From contig JAEYPI010000050.1 in assembly GCA_023410885.1 (NCBI GenBank), forward strand, positions 1-40,672: DNA of 40,672 bases, written 5' to 3'. This document shows positions 9,139 to 16,964 of the stretch, piece after piece. The first letter of the stretch is position 1; each line of letters starts with the position of its first letter. The translations under genes and the position numbers were made by a program. Under the pieces are notes generated by a model. It saw only the letters and a program-made list of their open reading frames with translations. It had not been told where the DNA came from and searched no databases. This stretch comes from Bacillota bacterium (GTDB lineage Bacteria; Bacillota; Clostridia; DSM-8532).

Positions 9139-10320
9139 ATGAAGTACGATTTTGAAACAGTGGTCAATAGAGCCAATGTTGGTTCTTCAAAATGGGAGCA
9201 GATGAAAAAATGGAACCCTCATGTATCAGAGGATATCGTTCCTTTTTCGGTTGCGGATATGGAATTTGTCAATGCCCCTGAGATTGTGGACGGCTTAAAG
9301 AAATTTCTGGATACTACCGTCCTGGGCTATACCCGCCCTACTCTTTCTTATTATAAAGCGGTGTGCGGGTGGATGGATAAAAGACATCATTGGCATGTGG
9401 AACCCGAATGGATAGTGGAGTCATCCGGTGTTGTATCTGCCTTTTTTGCTGCTGTCAGGGCCTTTTCCGAGCCGGGGGACGGCGTCATTGTCATGCCGCC
9501 GGTCTATTATCCCTTCTACGGTGCCATCTCAACGAATAACCGAACGAAGGTGGAATGTCCGTTAATTAACACGGGAACAACGTATGAAATTGATTTTGAC
9601 GCCCTTGAGAGAGTGGCAAGAAAACCACAGAATAAGATTCTCCTTTTCTGCAGCCCCCACAACCCTGTGGGCCGTGTTTGGACTGAGGATGAGCTTGCAA
9701 AGGTGGGGGAGATTTGCCTGAAGCATGATGTACTCATCCTATCTGATGAAATTCATTTTGACTTGATTATGCCGGGCCATAAGCACACGGTGTTTGCAGC
9801 ACTTTCAGAGGAACTGGCTAATCAGATGATTGTATTTACCGCACCAAGCAAAACCTTTAATTTGGCGGGGCTCCAAGCTTCCAATATCATCATACCAAAT
9901 AAGGAGCTGCGGAAGACCTATTTGACAGAGGTTCAAGCCAATGGGTTCTTTCAATTGAATATTCTGGCCTATAAAGCCTGTGAGATTGCTTATACACAGT
10001 GTGAAGAATGGTTGGAACAGTTATTGCAGGTGATTTATCACAACCACCTGACCTTGAAGCAATACATAGAAGAGAATCTTCCGGCCATTAAGGTTTATGA
10101 CCTTGAAGGTACCTATTTGCAATGGATGGACTTTAATGGCCTGGGCCTTAATAAAGACCGGCTGGAGAAAATAATGCATCAAGAAGCTCAAATCTTTTTT
10201 GACGAGGGTTATATTTTCGGAGAAGCAGGAAATGGCTTTGAAAGAATGAATATCGCATGTCCTACAAGTGTACTGGAACGGGCACTTGAAAGGCTGAATA
10301 AAACGCTCAGTAAATATTGA
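9139..10320 (+). CDS. patB: PLP-dependent C-S lyase / aminotransferase of the MalY/PatB type (cystathionine beta-lyase-like).
   Basis: 'MKYDFETVVNRANVGSSKWEQM' is the typical MalY/PatB N-terminus. 'LLFCSPHNPVGRVW', 'SDEIHFDL' and 'APSKTFNLAGL' (PLP lysine) are present. ATG 9139 lies behind 'ggagg'. Confidence 0.85.
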   Translation: MKYDFETVVNRANVGSSKWEQMKKWNPHVSEDIVPFSVADMEFVNAPEIVDGLKKFLDTTVLGYTRPTLSYYKAVCGWMDKRHHWHVEPEWIVESSGVVSAFFAAVRAFSEPGDGVIVMPPVYYPFYGAISTNNRTKVECPLINTGTTYEIDFDALERVARKPQNKILLFCSPHNPVGRVWTEDELAKVGEICLKHDVLILSDEIHFDLIMPGHKHTVFAALSEELANQMIVFTAPSKTFNLAGLQASNIIIPNKELRKTYLTEVQANGFFQLNILAYKACEIAYTQCEEWLEQLLQVIYHNHLTLKQYIEENLPAIKVYDLEGTYLQWMDFNGLGLNKDRLEKIMHQEAQIFFDEGYIFGEAGNGFERMNIACPTSVLERALERLNKTLSKY

Positions 10321-10360
10321 GTTTGATCTGCAAGAGTTGTAGTTTATCTACCAAGCATAA

Positions 10361-10390
10361 AAGATGGGGCCACAAGCCCCGTCTTTCTTT
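10361..10390 (+). terminator. Intrinsic terminator after patB.
   Basis: Stem agatggggc (10362-10370) / gccccgtct (10376-10384) with a 5-nt loop, followed by ttcttt. Confidence 0.7.
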
Positions 10391-10410
10391 ATAGGGTAAT
10401 ATATTACTGG

Positions 10411-10442
10411 CATGATAACAAAATACAAACGTTGTTATCATG
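10411..10442. repeat. Perfect 11-bp inverted repeat with a 10-nt spacer.
   Basis: catgataacaa (10411-10421) and ttgttatcatg (10432-10442) are exact reverse complements. Confidence 0.8.
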
Positions 10443-10463
10443 TTACGTTATGGTTTACTTACA

Positions 10464-10492
10464 TTGACTAAGCTAATATGCAAGTCTAAAAT
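10464..10492 (+). promoter_or_regulatory. Candidate sigma-A promoter for the 862-aa secreted protein gene.
   Basis: TTGACT (10464-10469), 17-nt spacer, TAAAAT (10487-10492). This implies a ~190-nt leader before ATG 10691. Confidence 0.4.
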
Positions 10493-10497
10493 CAAAA

Positions 10498-10518
10498 ATA
10501 ATACTTGTCAAGTATTAT
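10498..10518. promoter_or_regulatory. Perfect 21-bp palindrome (10+1+10), a candidate operator at the predicted transcription start.
   Basis: ATAATACTTG-T-CAAGTATTAT read directly from the sequence. It starts 6 nt after the candidate -10 box. Confidence 0.5.
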
Positions 10519-10690
10519 GAATCCGGATGCAAAGCGTTCTATTTCTAAGAAGAACCCATTTTCACAATCCTTAATTAACCTTTTTTACTCGACTCATTCC
10601 ATTACTTAAAAATCTGACCAAAGAGCTTTTTACTAACGATTTAAACAATCCCGAGAACAAAGGTAAAAAATTGAGTAAAGGAGTATCTTT

Positions 10691-13279
10691 ATGTTGCGTG
10701 CGAAAATGAATCTATTAATAAAAGTTGTTGCAGCATTTCTTGTGGTATGTCTGATATCAACGGGCAGCAATGTTTCAGTAAGGGCGGCCTATACAAATTC
10801 AAAGGATCTTTATAAGGCTCATGAGAATAATGCTAAGGGAGTTCCCATTTATAACAATCAAACAGTGACTGTCCAAGGAGTTGTTACTGTTCCCACTGGC
10901 GTGTGGCACGACTCGTCCAACTACTTTTCAATTGTAACTGAGGATGACAGCTACAGATTTGCAGGCGGAATGGCAGTATATCTCAATGGCAATACAAGTC
11001 CGGCTGTAAATATAGGGGATAAGGTAGTTGTTACCGGAACTTTATCAAATTCAGGTTATTCAACCGATATGGGTACTACTGTGATTAAGCCCTCTAGTAG
11101 CAGTGGAATTACTAAAATCGGAAGCAATTATAAAATTCCTGAGGCTTATCCCATCTATACGGATGCCAGTTATGCAAATCTGGAGCTTGATGTGGGATTT
11201 CGTTTTGAAGGCATGCCAGTCAGGATAATGGGTAAAGTCCTTAACTATGATAATCAAGGCACGTTAATGGGCTTTGATGTGGATGGCAGCAGTGACGGGA
11301 ACCTAACTGACGGAATAGGAGCCATGAATATAAAGATTTACAACTATTCAGGAATAGACATCAGCGGGCTAACAAATGGTGACATGGTTATCGTAGAGGG
11401 AATATTGTTTCAGAGTGACAGCACTTCTCCCTACACTTCGGGATACTATGTCAGGCCCACAAAACAGGCTGATCTCATTAAAGTCAATTCAAGTACAAAT
11501 ATTATGCTGAGTGAAGCCATGCGTAAAGATACAAATGGTGTTCCTGTACTCAATGGCTTAGAGGTCACGGTAAAGGGCATTGCTACAGTTGACACGGGTA
11601 AGTGGAACAGTGCTTCAAATGCCTTTACATTAGTATCGCCAACCCCTGTTCCAGGGCTTGACCCTGTATATCCCGAAGGTGCAATTTATGTCTATAGAGC
11701 GAGCAGCCTAACGCCATCTGTCTCATCAGGTGATGAAGTAACTGTCACGGGCACAATTGGCCTTAACGGTTATGATGCCGGAACGGTTGTGATAACGCCA
11801 AACACATTAACCGTTACAGGCACAGGACAGGATTTATTGACAGAGCAGATGATACGAAGCGATGAGACCTATAGTACATTGGGCGCATATGAGTCTATGC
11901 CGGTGAAACTGCAGGGGAGAGTCTATAACCTTGATAATAGTGGTGTTACAAGAGGTTTTGACCTTGATGCCAGCAGTGACCATAATTGGACGGATCAATC
12001 CGGAATGATCAGCATCAAGTTTTATGACTATAGTGGGATTGATATAAGCAACTTAACTTCCGGTGATCTTTTAATTGTCAGAGGCGTTCTTCAGAAAAGC
12101 GTTTCAGCCTCCCCCTATACAACGGGCTACTTTATCAGGCCCCGAGAGCAGGGAGATATTGTTAAAAGATCCGACAACACCAGGAGAACGGTGTATATTC
12201 AACTGGATGGGTTCAGGAATGATTATATAGGCAAAAGTGGTTGGGATACTTCCAATTTTCAAAATCTGGCTAATAATGGAACCCGGTGTACGGCCAGCTA
12301 TGGTGAATATGTAAGTATGACAACGGCTAATATGACGACTTTGGTCACCGGATCCCATACGGGTACACATAATGTGCCTGCACTGGCCTTTTATGACAAG
12401 GCTACAGACAGGCGCGTAAGAAATCTCCAGAACTACGATGTAGATACAATTGGAGAAGTCTTTCAAGAAGCCGGGCTGCTGACTGCTGCTGTTTTGCAGC
12501 GTAAGCTGCAGGATCGGGGAGCGGATTTCATGCTGGATGGAGGAACAACAGCGGAAACAAGAGATGATGCAATCGAAGTTATAGAAAATGAAGACCCGGA
12601 CCTTCTTGTCATCTTGTTTAATACGAGCGACAGCAATGCCCATAATTACGGAATAGACAGTACACAAATAAAAGAAGCCATTGAAGCCATTGATGATGCT
12701 ATAGGCAGTATTATGAGCCATTTGGATCTCAATAATACGAACATTATCTTTTCATCGGATCACGGTATGACAACTGTTAATTACAATATTACATCCAATC
12801 TGGTCAGCGCGCTCGAAAGTACGGGCATACCCTTCGAAAATGCTGTTGTTGATATGGGACCTTTTGATAGTAATACCAAGGTAGTCTATAACCTATCCAG
12901 CGGAGCAGCACAGATCTATTACAGAAAGCCACTGACTCCTACAGAGGAAAGTACTCTTATCAGTGCATTATCAGGGATCACAGGTGTCAATACGGTGTTT
13001 ACAAGATCCCAACTTGATAGCATGAATACCCCGGACAATCTGGGCGATTTGGTGGTTGACTGCAGCGAAGGTTATGCCTTTTCGACTTCCCTTGCAGAAC
13101 ATGGAGCATTTGCCCAAAGACAAACATGTCTGGTCTTCTACGGTCCAAATATAAAATCCGGCTATACCTACAGTACCCCGTGTGAGTCTGTTGACATTGT
13201 TCCTACAATATACCATCTAAATGGTCTTACAGCTCCATCAACAGTAGATGGCATTGTTCTTACCGATATACTGCAATAG
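10691..13279 (+). CDS. Secreted 862-aa multidomain protein: signal peptide, two tandem ~230-aa modules (each with two OB-like barrels of the kind seen in extracellular nucleases), and a C-terminal NPP-family phosphodiesterase domain.
   Basis: RBS aaaggag plus 7 nt before ATG 10691. Signal peptide 'MLRAKMNLLIKVVAAFLVVCLISTGSNVSVRA/AY'. The internal duplication is clear, e.g. 'NAKGVPIYNNQTVTVQGVVTVPTGVWHDSSNYF' vs 'DTNGVPVLNGLEVTVKGIATVDTGKWNSASNAF', and 'YNYSGIDISGLTNGDMVIVEGILFQSDSTSPYTSGYYVRP' vs 'YDYSGIDISNLTSGDLLIVRGVLQKSVSASPYTTGYFIRP'. C-terminal NPP motifs are 'YIQLDGFRNDY', 'MTTANMTTLVTGSH', 'NTSDSNAHNYG' and 'FSSDHGMT'. Confidence 0.8.
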   Translation: MLRAKMNLLIKVVAAFLVVCLISTGSNVSVRAAYTNSKDLYKAHENNAKGVPIYNNQTVTVQGVVTVPTGVWHDSSNYFSIVTEDDSYRFAGGMAVYLNGNTSPAVNIGDKVVVTGTLSNSGYSTDMGTTVIKPSSSSGITKIGSNYKIPEAYPIYTDASYANLELDVGFRFEGMPVRIMGKVLNYDNQGTLMGFDVDGSSDGNLTDGIGAMNIKIYNYSGIDISGLTNGDMVIVEGILFQSDSTSPYTSGYYVRPTKQADLIKVNSSTNIMLSEAMRKDTNGVPVLNGLEVTVKGIATVDTGKWNSASNAFTLVSPTPVPGLDPVYPEGAIYVYRASSLTPSVSSGDEVTVTGTIGLNGYDAGTVVITPNTLTVTGTGQDLLTEQMIRSDETYSTLGAYESMPVKLQGRVYNLDNSGVTRGFDLDASSDHNWTDQSGMISIKFYDYSGIDISNLTSGDLLIVRGVLQKSVSASPYTTGYFIRPREQGDIVKRSDNTRRTVYIQLDGFRNDYIGKSGWDTSNFQNLANNGTRCTASYGEYVSMTTANMTTLVTGSHTGTHNVPALAFYDKATDRRVRNLQNYDVDTIGEVFQEAGLLTAAVLQRKLQDRGADFMLDGGTTAETRDDAIEVIENEDPDLLVILFNTSDSNAHNYGIDSTQIKEAIEAIDDAIGSIMSHLDLNNTNIIFSSDHGMTTVNYNITSNLVSALESTGIPFENAVVDMGPFDSNTKVVYNLSSGAAQIYYRKPLTPTEESTLISALSGITGVNTVFTRSQLDSMNTPDNLGDLVVDCSEGYAFSTSLAEHGAFAQRQTCLVFYGPNIKSGYTYSTPCESVDIVPTIYHLNGLTAPSTVDGIVLTDILQ

Positions 13280-13304
13280 GAATTGATGATCTATTTTTCA
13301 TAAT

Positions 13305-13350
13305 AAAAGGTTGTCCCGATTCTGTGTAATAGATATCAGGACAACCTTTC
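13305..13350. terminator. Bidirectional intrinsic terminator between the convergent 862-aa gene and the TSCPD gene.
   Basis: 11-bp stem aaaggttgtcc (13306-13316) / ggacaaccttt (13339-13349). The A-run on the left gives a T-run for the minus-strand transcript. Confidence 0.65.
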
Positions 13351-13394
13351 AATTATGGGTCGAGGGTTGTGGTGCGAAGCTATGTTGCAGCACC

Positions 13395-13646
13395 TTACAA
13401 TGTTTCAAGCGCTTCTTCAATGGCCTGGGACAATTGGTCGGGGCAGGATGTGGCTTTATACCCGCAGTTTATACCTTTAAGCTTCCTTACCGCTTCTTCC
13501 GCGTCCATGCCTTCGACAAGAGCGGCTATACCCTGGAGATTACCGTTGCAGCCGCCTGAAAAGACGACATTATGTACCTTGCCTGATTCAATATCAAACT
13601 GGACCTGGGATGAGCAGGTTCCTTTATTTTTGTGTTTATGTGTCAT
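13395..13646 (-). CDS. TIGR03905-type TSCPD-domain small protein (4-Cys).
   Basis: 'KGTCSSQVQFDIESGKVHNVVFSGGCNGNLQGIAALVEGM...LKGINCGYKATSCPDQL' is the family signature. ATG at 13646 is preceded by AAGGAG, which lies in the last codons of trmB. The GTG at 13655 in the ORF track is less likely. Confidence 0.8.
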   Translation of the reverse strand: MTHKHKNKGTCSSQVQFDIESGKVHNVVFSGGCNGNLQGIAALVEGMDAEEAVRKLKGINCGYKATSCPDQLSQAIEEALETL

Positions 13647-13651
13647 AAATT

Positions 13652-14311
13652 TCACTCCTTTTCTTCGGTATGACCTTCCAATTGCGCAATGAGTTTATTG
13701 ATAGGTGTTCCAAGGTTTCGGAACTTCTCCTCATATTCGGTGGCAATGTTCCCTTCCAACAGATCACTGTTGTAGAGGTCAAAGGTCACTTGTTTTAATG
13801 TATAATGGGCATTTTTGATTTCCTCAAGGGAAAAATCAAATAATCCCCTGTTATCGGTTTTAAATTCAAGGATTGCCCCCGTCTTTAGCACCTTCTTATA
13901 GAGCTCAAGAAAGCTTGAAGCGGTCAGACGCCTCTTGGCATGCCGACTTTTTGGCCAGGGATCAGAGAAGTTAAGATAGAGCTTATCGATTTCACCTTTG
14001 TCAAAGATCTCTTCCAAGAGCTCTGCATCAGTGCTGATAACAGCAAGATTCTGAATCCCCTGTTCCGGAATCTTCTTGATGAGCTTCAAAAGAACAGTTG
14101 GAAATTTCTCAAGGGCGATATAGTTGATTTGGGGGTTTTGCTGAGCCAAAGTGGTAATAAAACGCCCTTTGCCCGACCCGATTTCCATATGAATAGGGTT
14201 ATTGTTGCCAAAATGCTCATGCCAACGGGATTTAAACTCCTTAGGGTTTTGTATATAGTTTTTTGAAAGCTCCAGCTTGTCATAAGCTTGGGGATCGTTT
14301 CTCAGTCTCAA
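13652..14311 (-). CDS. trmB: tRNA (guanine46-N7)-methyltransferase.
   Basis: 'MEIGSGKGRFITTLAQQNPQINYIALE' SAM-binding motif and 'LNFSDPWPKSRHAKRRL'. TTG start at 14311 behind 'agaggtgg'. Confidence 0.9.
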   Translation of the reverse strand: MRLRNDPQAYDKLELSKNYIQNPKEFKSRWHEHFGNNNPIHMEIGSGKGRFITTLAQQNPQINYIALEKFPTVLLKLIKKIPEQGIQNLAVISTDAELLEEIFDKGEIDKLYLNFSDPWPKSRHAKRRLTASSFLELYKKVLKTGAILEFKTDNRGLFDFSLEEIKNAHYTLKQVTFDLYNSDLLEGNIATEYEEKFRNLGTPINKLIAQLEGHTEEKE

Positions 14312-14419
14312 CTTTAACCACCTCTTAATTGCTTAAGCCCTTTTTGCATCCATCATATTATAATGGATTGGACCATGGATGACAAGGCGTTCCCTTATCC
14401 ATTGGCACAAAACTTAACC

Positions 14420-14448
14420 TTGACAGGAGAAGAGACGCCCCATATAAT
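14420..14448 (+). promoter_or_regulatory. Consensus sigma-A promoter for ylxM-ffh.
   Basis: TTGACA (14420-14425), exactly 17 nt, TATAAT (14443-14448). Confidence 0.6.
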
Positions 14449-14489
14449 AATCAAGTGTAAAGCAAAAATACTTGACAGGGATGGTTTTT

Positions 14490-14888
14490 ATGAAGGATAA
14501 TAGTAAGGAAGAAGTCAATTCCCTTGGTCCTGTCGAGGATGTTCTTGAAGTGACCGTATTGCTGGATTTTTACGGCCAGCTTTTGACTGAAAGGCAATAT
14601 GAGATCATGGATCTTCATTATAACAGCGATTTATCTCTAGGTGAAATTGCTGAAGATCGTGGTATCAGCCGCCAAGGTGTTCACGATAGTATCCGGAAAG
14701 CCAAACAATCCTTAGCCGGGTATGAAAAAAGACTGGGGCTCGTTGAGCGGTTCAGGGAGCAGGAAAAAGATATAGAGAAAGCCTTAAAAGCCCTTAAGGT
14801 CATGGGGGATAATAAGCCTGAGCTAATTAAAAACACAGATTACAAAAAGGCTGTGGCACTCCTTGAAAAAATTTTAGATACGCTTTGA
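14490..14888 (+). CDS. ylxM: YlxM/UPF0122 helix-turn-helix protein (the SRP-operon small DNA-binding protein).
   Basis: 'LLDFYGQLLTERQYEIMDLHYNSDLSLGEIAEDRGISRQGVHDSIRKAKQSLAGYEKRLGLV' matches the YlxM family, and the gene sits directly upstream of ffh. The start is ambiguous (14472 TTG, 14481, 14490, or a later GTG). Confidence 0.8.
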   Translation: MKDNSKEEVNSLGPVEDVLEVTVLLDFYGQLLTERQYEIMDLHYNSDLSLGEIAEDRGISRQGVHDSIRKAKQSLAGYEKRLGLVERFREQEKDIEKALKALKVMGDNKPELIKNTDYKKAVALLEKILDTL

Positions 14889-14997
14889 TGATATTCATAG
14901 CTTATATAACGCGTAAGTACATAAACTAACTAGATAACCTCATGCTAGAACGACACAACGGATAAGCAATAACGGATTGTTGAGATAGAGGGATAAT

Positions 14998-16350
14998 ATG
15001 GTATTTGAAGGATTGTCAGAAAAACTGCAGACCCTCATGAAGAAAATGAAGGGGTCTGCTCGGGTCACTGAAAAAGATGTAAAAGAAATGATGCGCGAGG
15101 TCAAGCTTGCGCTTCTTGAAGCGGATGTTAACTTTAAAGTAGTTAAAGACTTTGTCAATACGCTGACTGAACGTGCGGTTGGCCAGGACGTCCTAGAAAG
15201 TCTTACGCCGGGCCAGCAGGTAGTCAAAATTGTCCATGAGGAGCTGATTAAGCTCATGGGCTCAGTACCCTCAAAGCTAACCTATTCTCCGGCGCCACCC
15301 ACCGTTTATATGATGGTTGGGCTCCAGGGTTCCGGTAAGACCACCACCACCGGTAAGCTGGCCAACATGCTTCGCAAGGATGGCAAACGCCCCTTATTGG
15401 TGGCCTGCGACGTATATCGTCCCGCTGCTGTCAAACAGCTCCAGGTTGTAGGTGGACAGCTCAATATTCCGGTTTTCGAAATGGGTACCCAGACCGATCC
15501 TGTTGAAATCGCCCAAAAGGCTGTGGCTCATGCCAAGTCCATGCAGTTTGACATGGTCATTATCGATACGGCAGGCCGACTCCACATAGATGAAGAGCTC
15601 ATGAACGAGCTGAAGCGTATCAAGCAGGCTGTAAAGCCTCACGAAATACTGCTGGTGGTGGATGCCATGACCGGTCAGGACGCAGTCAATGTGGCAGGCT
15701 CCTTCAATGAAAAGCTAGGTATAGACGGCATTATCCTCACTAAATTGGACGGCGATACCCGTGGTGGTGCGGCCCTCTCAACCAGAGCGGTTACAGGAAA
15801 GCCCATAAAATATACAGGCTTGGGTGAAAAGCTCAGCGATCTTGAACCCTTCTACCCGGACCGTATGGCTTCCAGAATTCTGGGTATGGGCGATGTTCTC
15901 AGCCTTATCGAGAAGGCTCAAACAGCCTTCGATGAAAAGAAGGCCATAGAGCTGGAAAAGAAAATGCGAACTGCGACGTTTACTTTGGATGATTTCCTTG
16001 AGCAAATGCAGCAGATTAAGAAAATGGGCCCCTTAAATCAGGTTCTCGGCATGCTTCCCGGAATGGACACCAAGGCTTTAAAGGGCGTTGACGTAGATGA
16101 AAAACAGTTTGGTCGTACCGTAGCCATAGTCCAGTCCATGACCAAACAGGAGCGTAATAATCCAAATGTGCTCAATGCCAGCAGACGAGTCCGGATTGCC
16201 AAGGGTAGTGGCACAACGGTCACCGATGTTAACCGCCTACTAAAACAGTTCGAAGATATGAAAAAGCTTATGAAAAATCTGTCCGGCGGTAAAGCCAATA
16301 AGCTCATGAAGGGCATGGGCGGCATGGGTGGCTTTAAGAGGCCCTTCTGA
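14998..16350 (+). CDS. ffh: Signal recognition particle protein Ffh.
   Basis: N-domain, GTPase motifs 'GLQGSGKTTT', 'DTAGR', 'TKLDGD', and a Met-rich M domain ending 'MKGMGGMGGFKRPF'. Confidence 0.97.
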   Translation: MVFEGLSEKLQTLMKKMKGSARVTEKDVKEMMREVKLALLEADVNFKVVKDFVNTLTERAVGQDVLESLTPGQQVVKIVHEELIKLMGSVPSKLTYSPAPPTVYMMVGLQGSGKTTTTGKLANMLRKDGKRPLLVACDVYRPAAVKQLQVVGGQLNIPVFEMGTQTDPVEIAQKAVAHAKSMQFDMVIIDTAGRLHIDEELMNELKRIKQAVKPHEILLVVDAMTGQDAVNVAGSFNEKLGIDGIILTKLDGDTRGGAALSTRAVTGKPIKYTGLGEKLSDLEPFYPDRMASRILGMGDVLSLIEKAQTAFDEKKAIELEKKMRTATFTLDDFLEQMQQIKKMGPLNQVLGMLPGMDTKALKGVDVDEKQFGRTVAIVQSMTKQERNNPNVLNASRRVRIAKGSGTTVTDVNRLLKQFEDMKKLMKNLSGGKANKLMKGMGGMGGFKRPF

Positions 16351-16452
16351 GGATGAGATTCTATTTACTTGAAACGCCTATACCTTGAGATTTTAAGGTC
16401 GGGTGGATAGATAGAAAAAACCTTGACTAAAATATTGAAAGGTGGTGAAATA

Positions 16453-16695
16453 ATGGTAAAGATAAGACTGAAAAGAATGGGTGCAAAGAAAAAGCCCTTC
16501 TACAGAATAATTGTCGCAGACGAGAGATCTCCACGTGATGGTAAGTTTATTGAGCAGGTTGGTACCTACGATCCGCTGGCAAATCCCTCCCTGGTCAGTG
16601 TTGATGCCGAAAAGGTTAAGAAGTGGATCGGAAACGGTGCACAACCTACCGACACTGTTAAGAAACTGCTTAAGATAGCAGGAGTCACAGAGTGA
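16453..16695 (+). CDS. rpsP: 30S ribosomal protein S16.
   Basis: '[41 protein letters not shown]' is canonical bS16. Confidence 0.95.
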   Translation: MVKIRLKRMGAKKKPFYRIIVADERSPRDGKFIEQVGTYDPLANPSLVSVDAEKVKKWIGNGAQPTDTVKKLLKIAGVTE

Positions 16696-16726
16696 TTTTA
16701 TTCTGCAACGAGTGGAGGTACTGTCA

Positions 16727-16957
16727 ATGAAAGAGTTGCTGGAGCAAATTGCGAGATCCTTGGTTGATAATCCTGATGAAGTTTCAGTCAATGAGATAGA
16801 GGGTGAACAATCCCTTATTCTCGAGCTGAAGGTTTCCGAAGAGGATATGGGTAAAGTTATCGGAAAGCAGGGCAGGATCGCCAAAGCCATACGCATTGTT
16901 ATGAAGGCGGCAGCCATCAAGGAAAACAAGAGGGTTGTTGTCGAAATCATCCAGTAA
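16727..16957 (+). CDS. ylqC: KH-domain RNA-binding protein (YlqC family).
   Basis: 'MKELLEQIARSLVDNPDEVSV...DMGKVIGKQGRIAKAIRIVMKA' contains a GXXG KH motif. GGAGG precedes ATG 16727, and the gene follows rpsP as usual. Confidence 0.9.
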   Translation: MKELLEQIARSLVDNPDEVSVNEIEGEQSLILELKVSEEDMGKVIGKQGRIAKAIRIVMKAAAIKENKRVVVEIIQ

Positions 16958-16964
16958 ATAGAAG

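Noticed and set aside
10440-10470. Pho-box-like TT(T/A)AC hexamers (gttac, gtttac, cttaca) upstream of or overlapping the -35 of the secreted phosphodiesterase gene.
   Set aside because: The hexamers are degenerate, and their spacing (about 12 and 4 nt) does not follow the ~11-bp direct-repeat periodicity of PhoP boxes. In AT-rich DNA such matches are expected by chance.
12104-12721. 205-aa minus-strand ORF inside the 862-aa gene.
   Set aside because: It is antisense to the NPP catalytic domain, which has clear motifs on the plus strand. It has no recognisable motifs and no RBS.
13311-13692. 82-aa and 107-aa plus-strand ORFs.
   Set aside because: They are antisense to the TSCPD-family gene, whose signature (TSCPD, CNGNLQG) is unambiguous on the minus strand. 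They also start inside the terminator hairpin.
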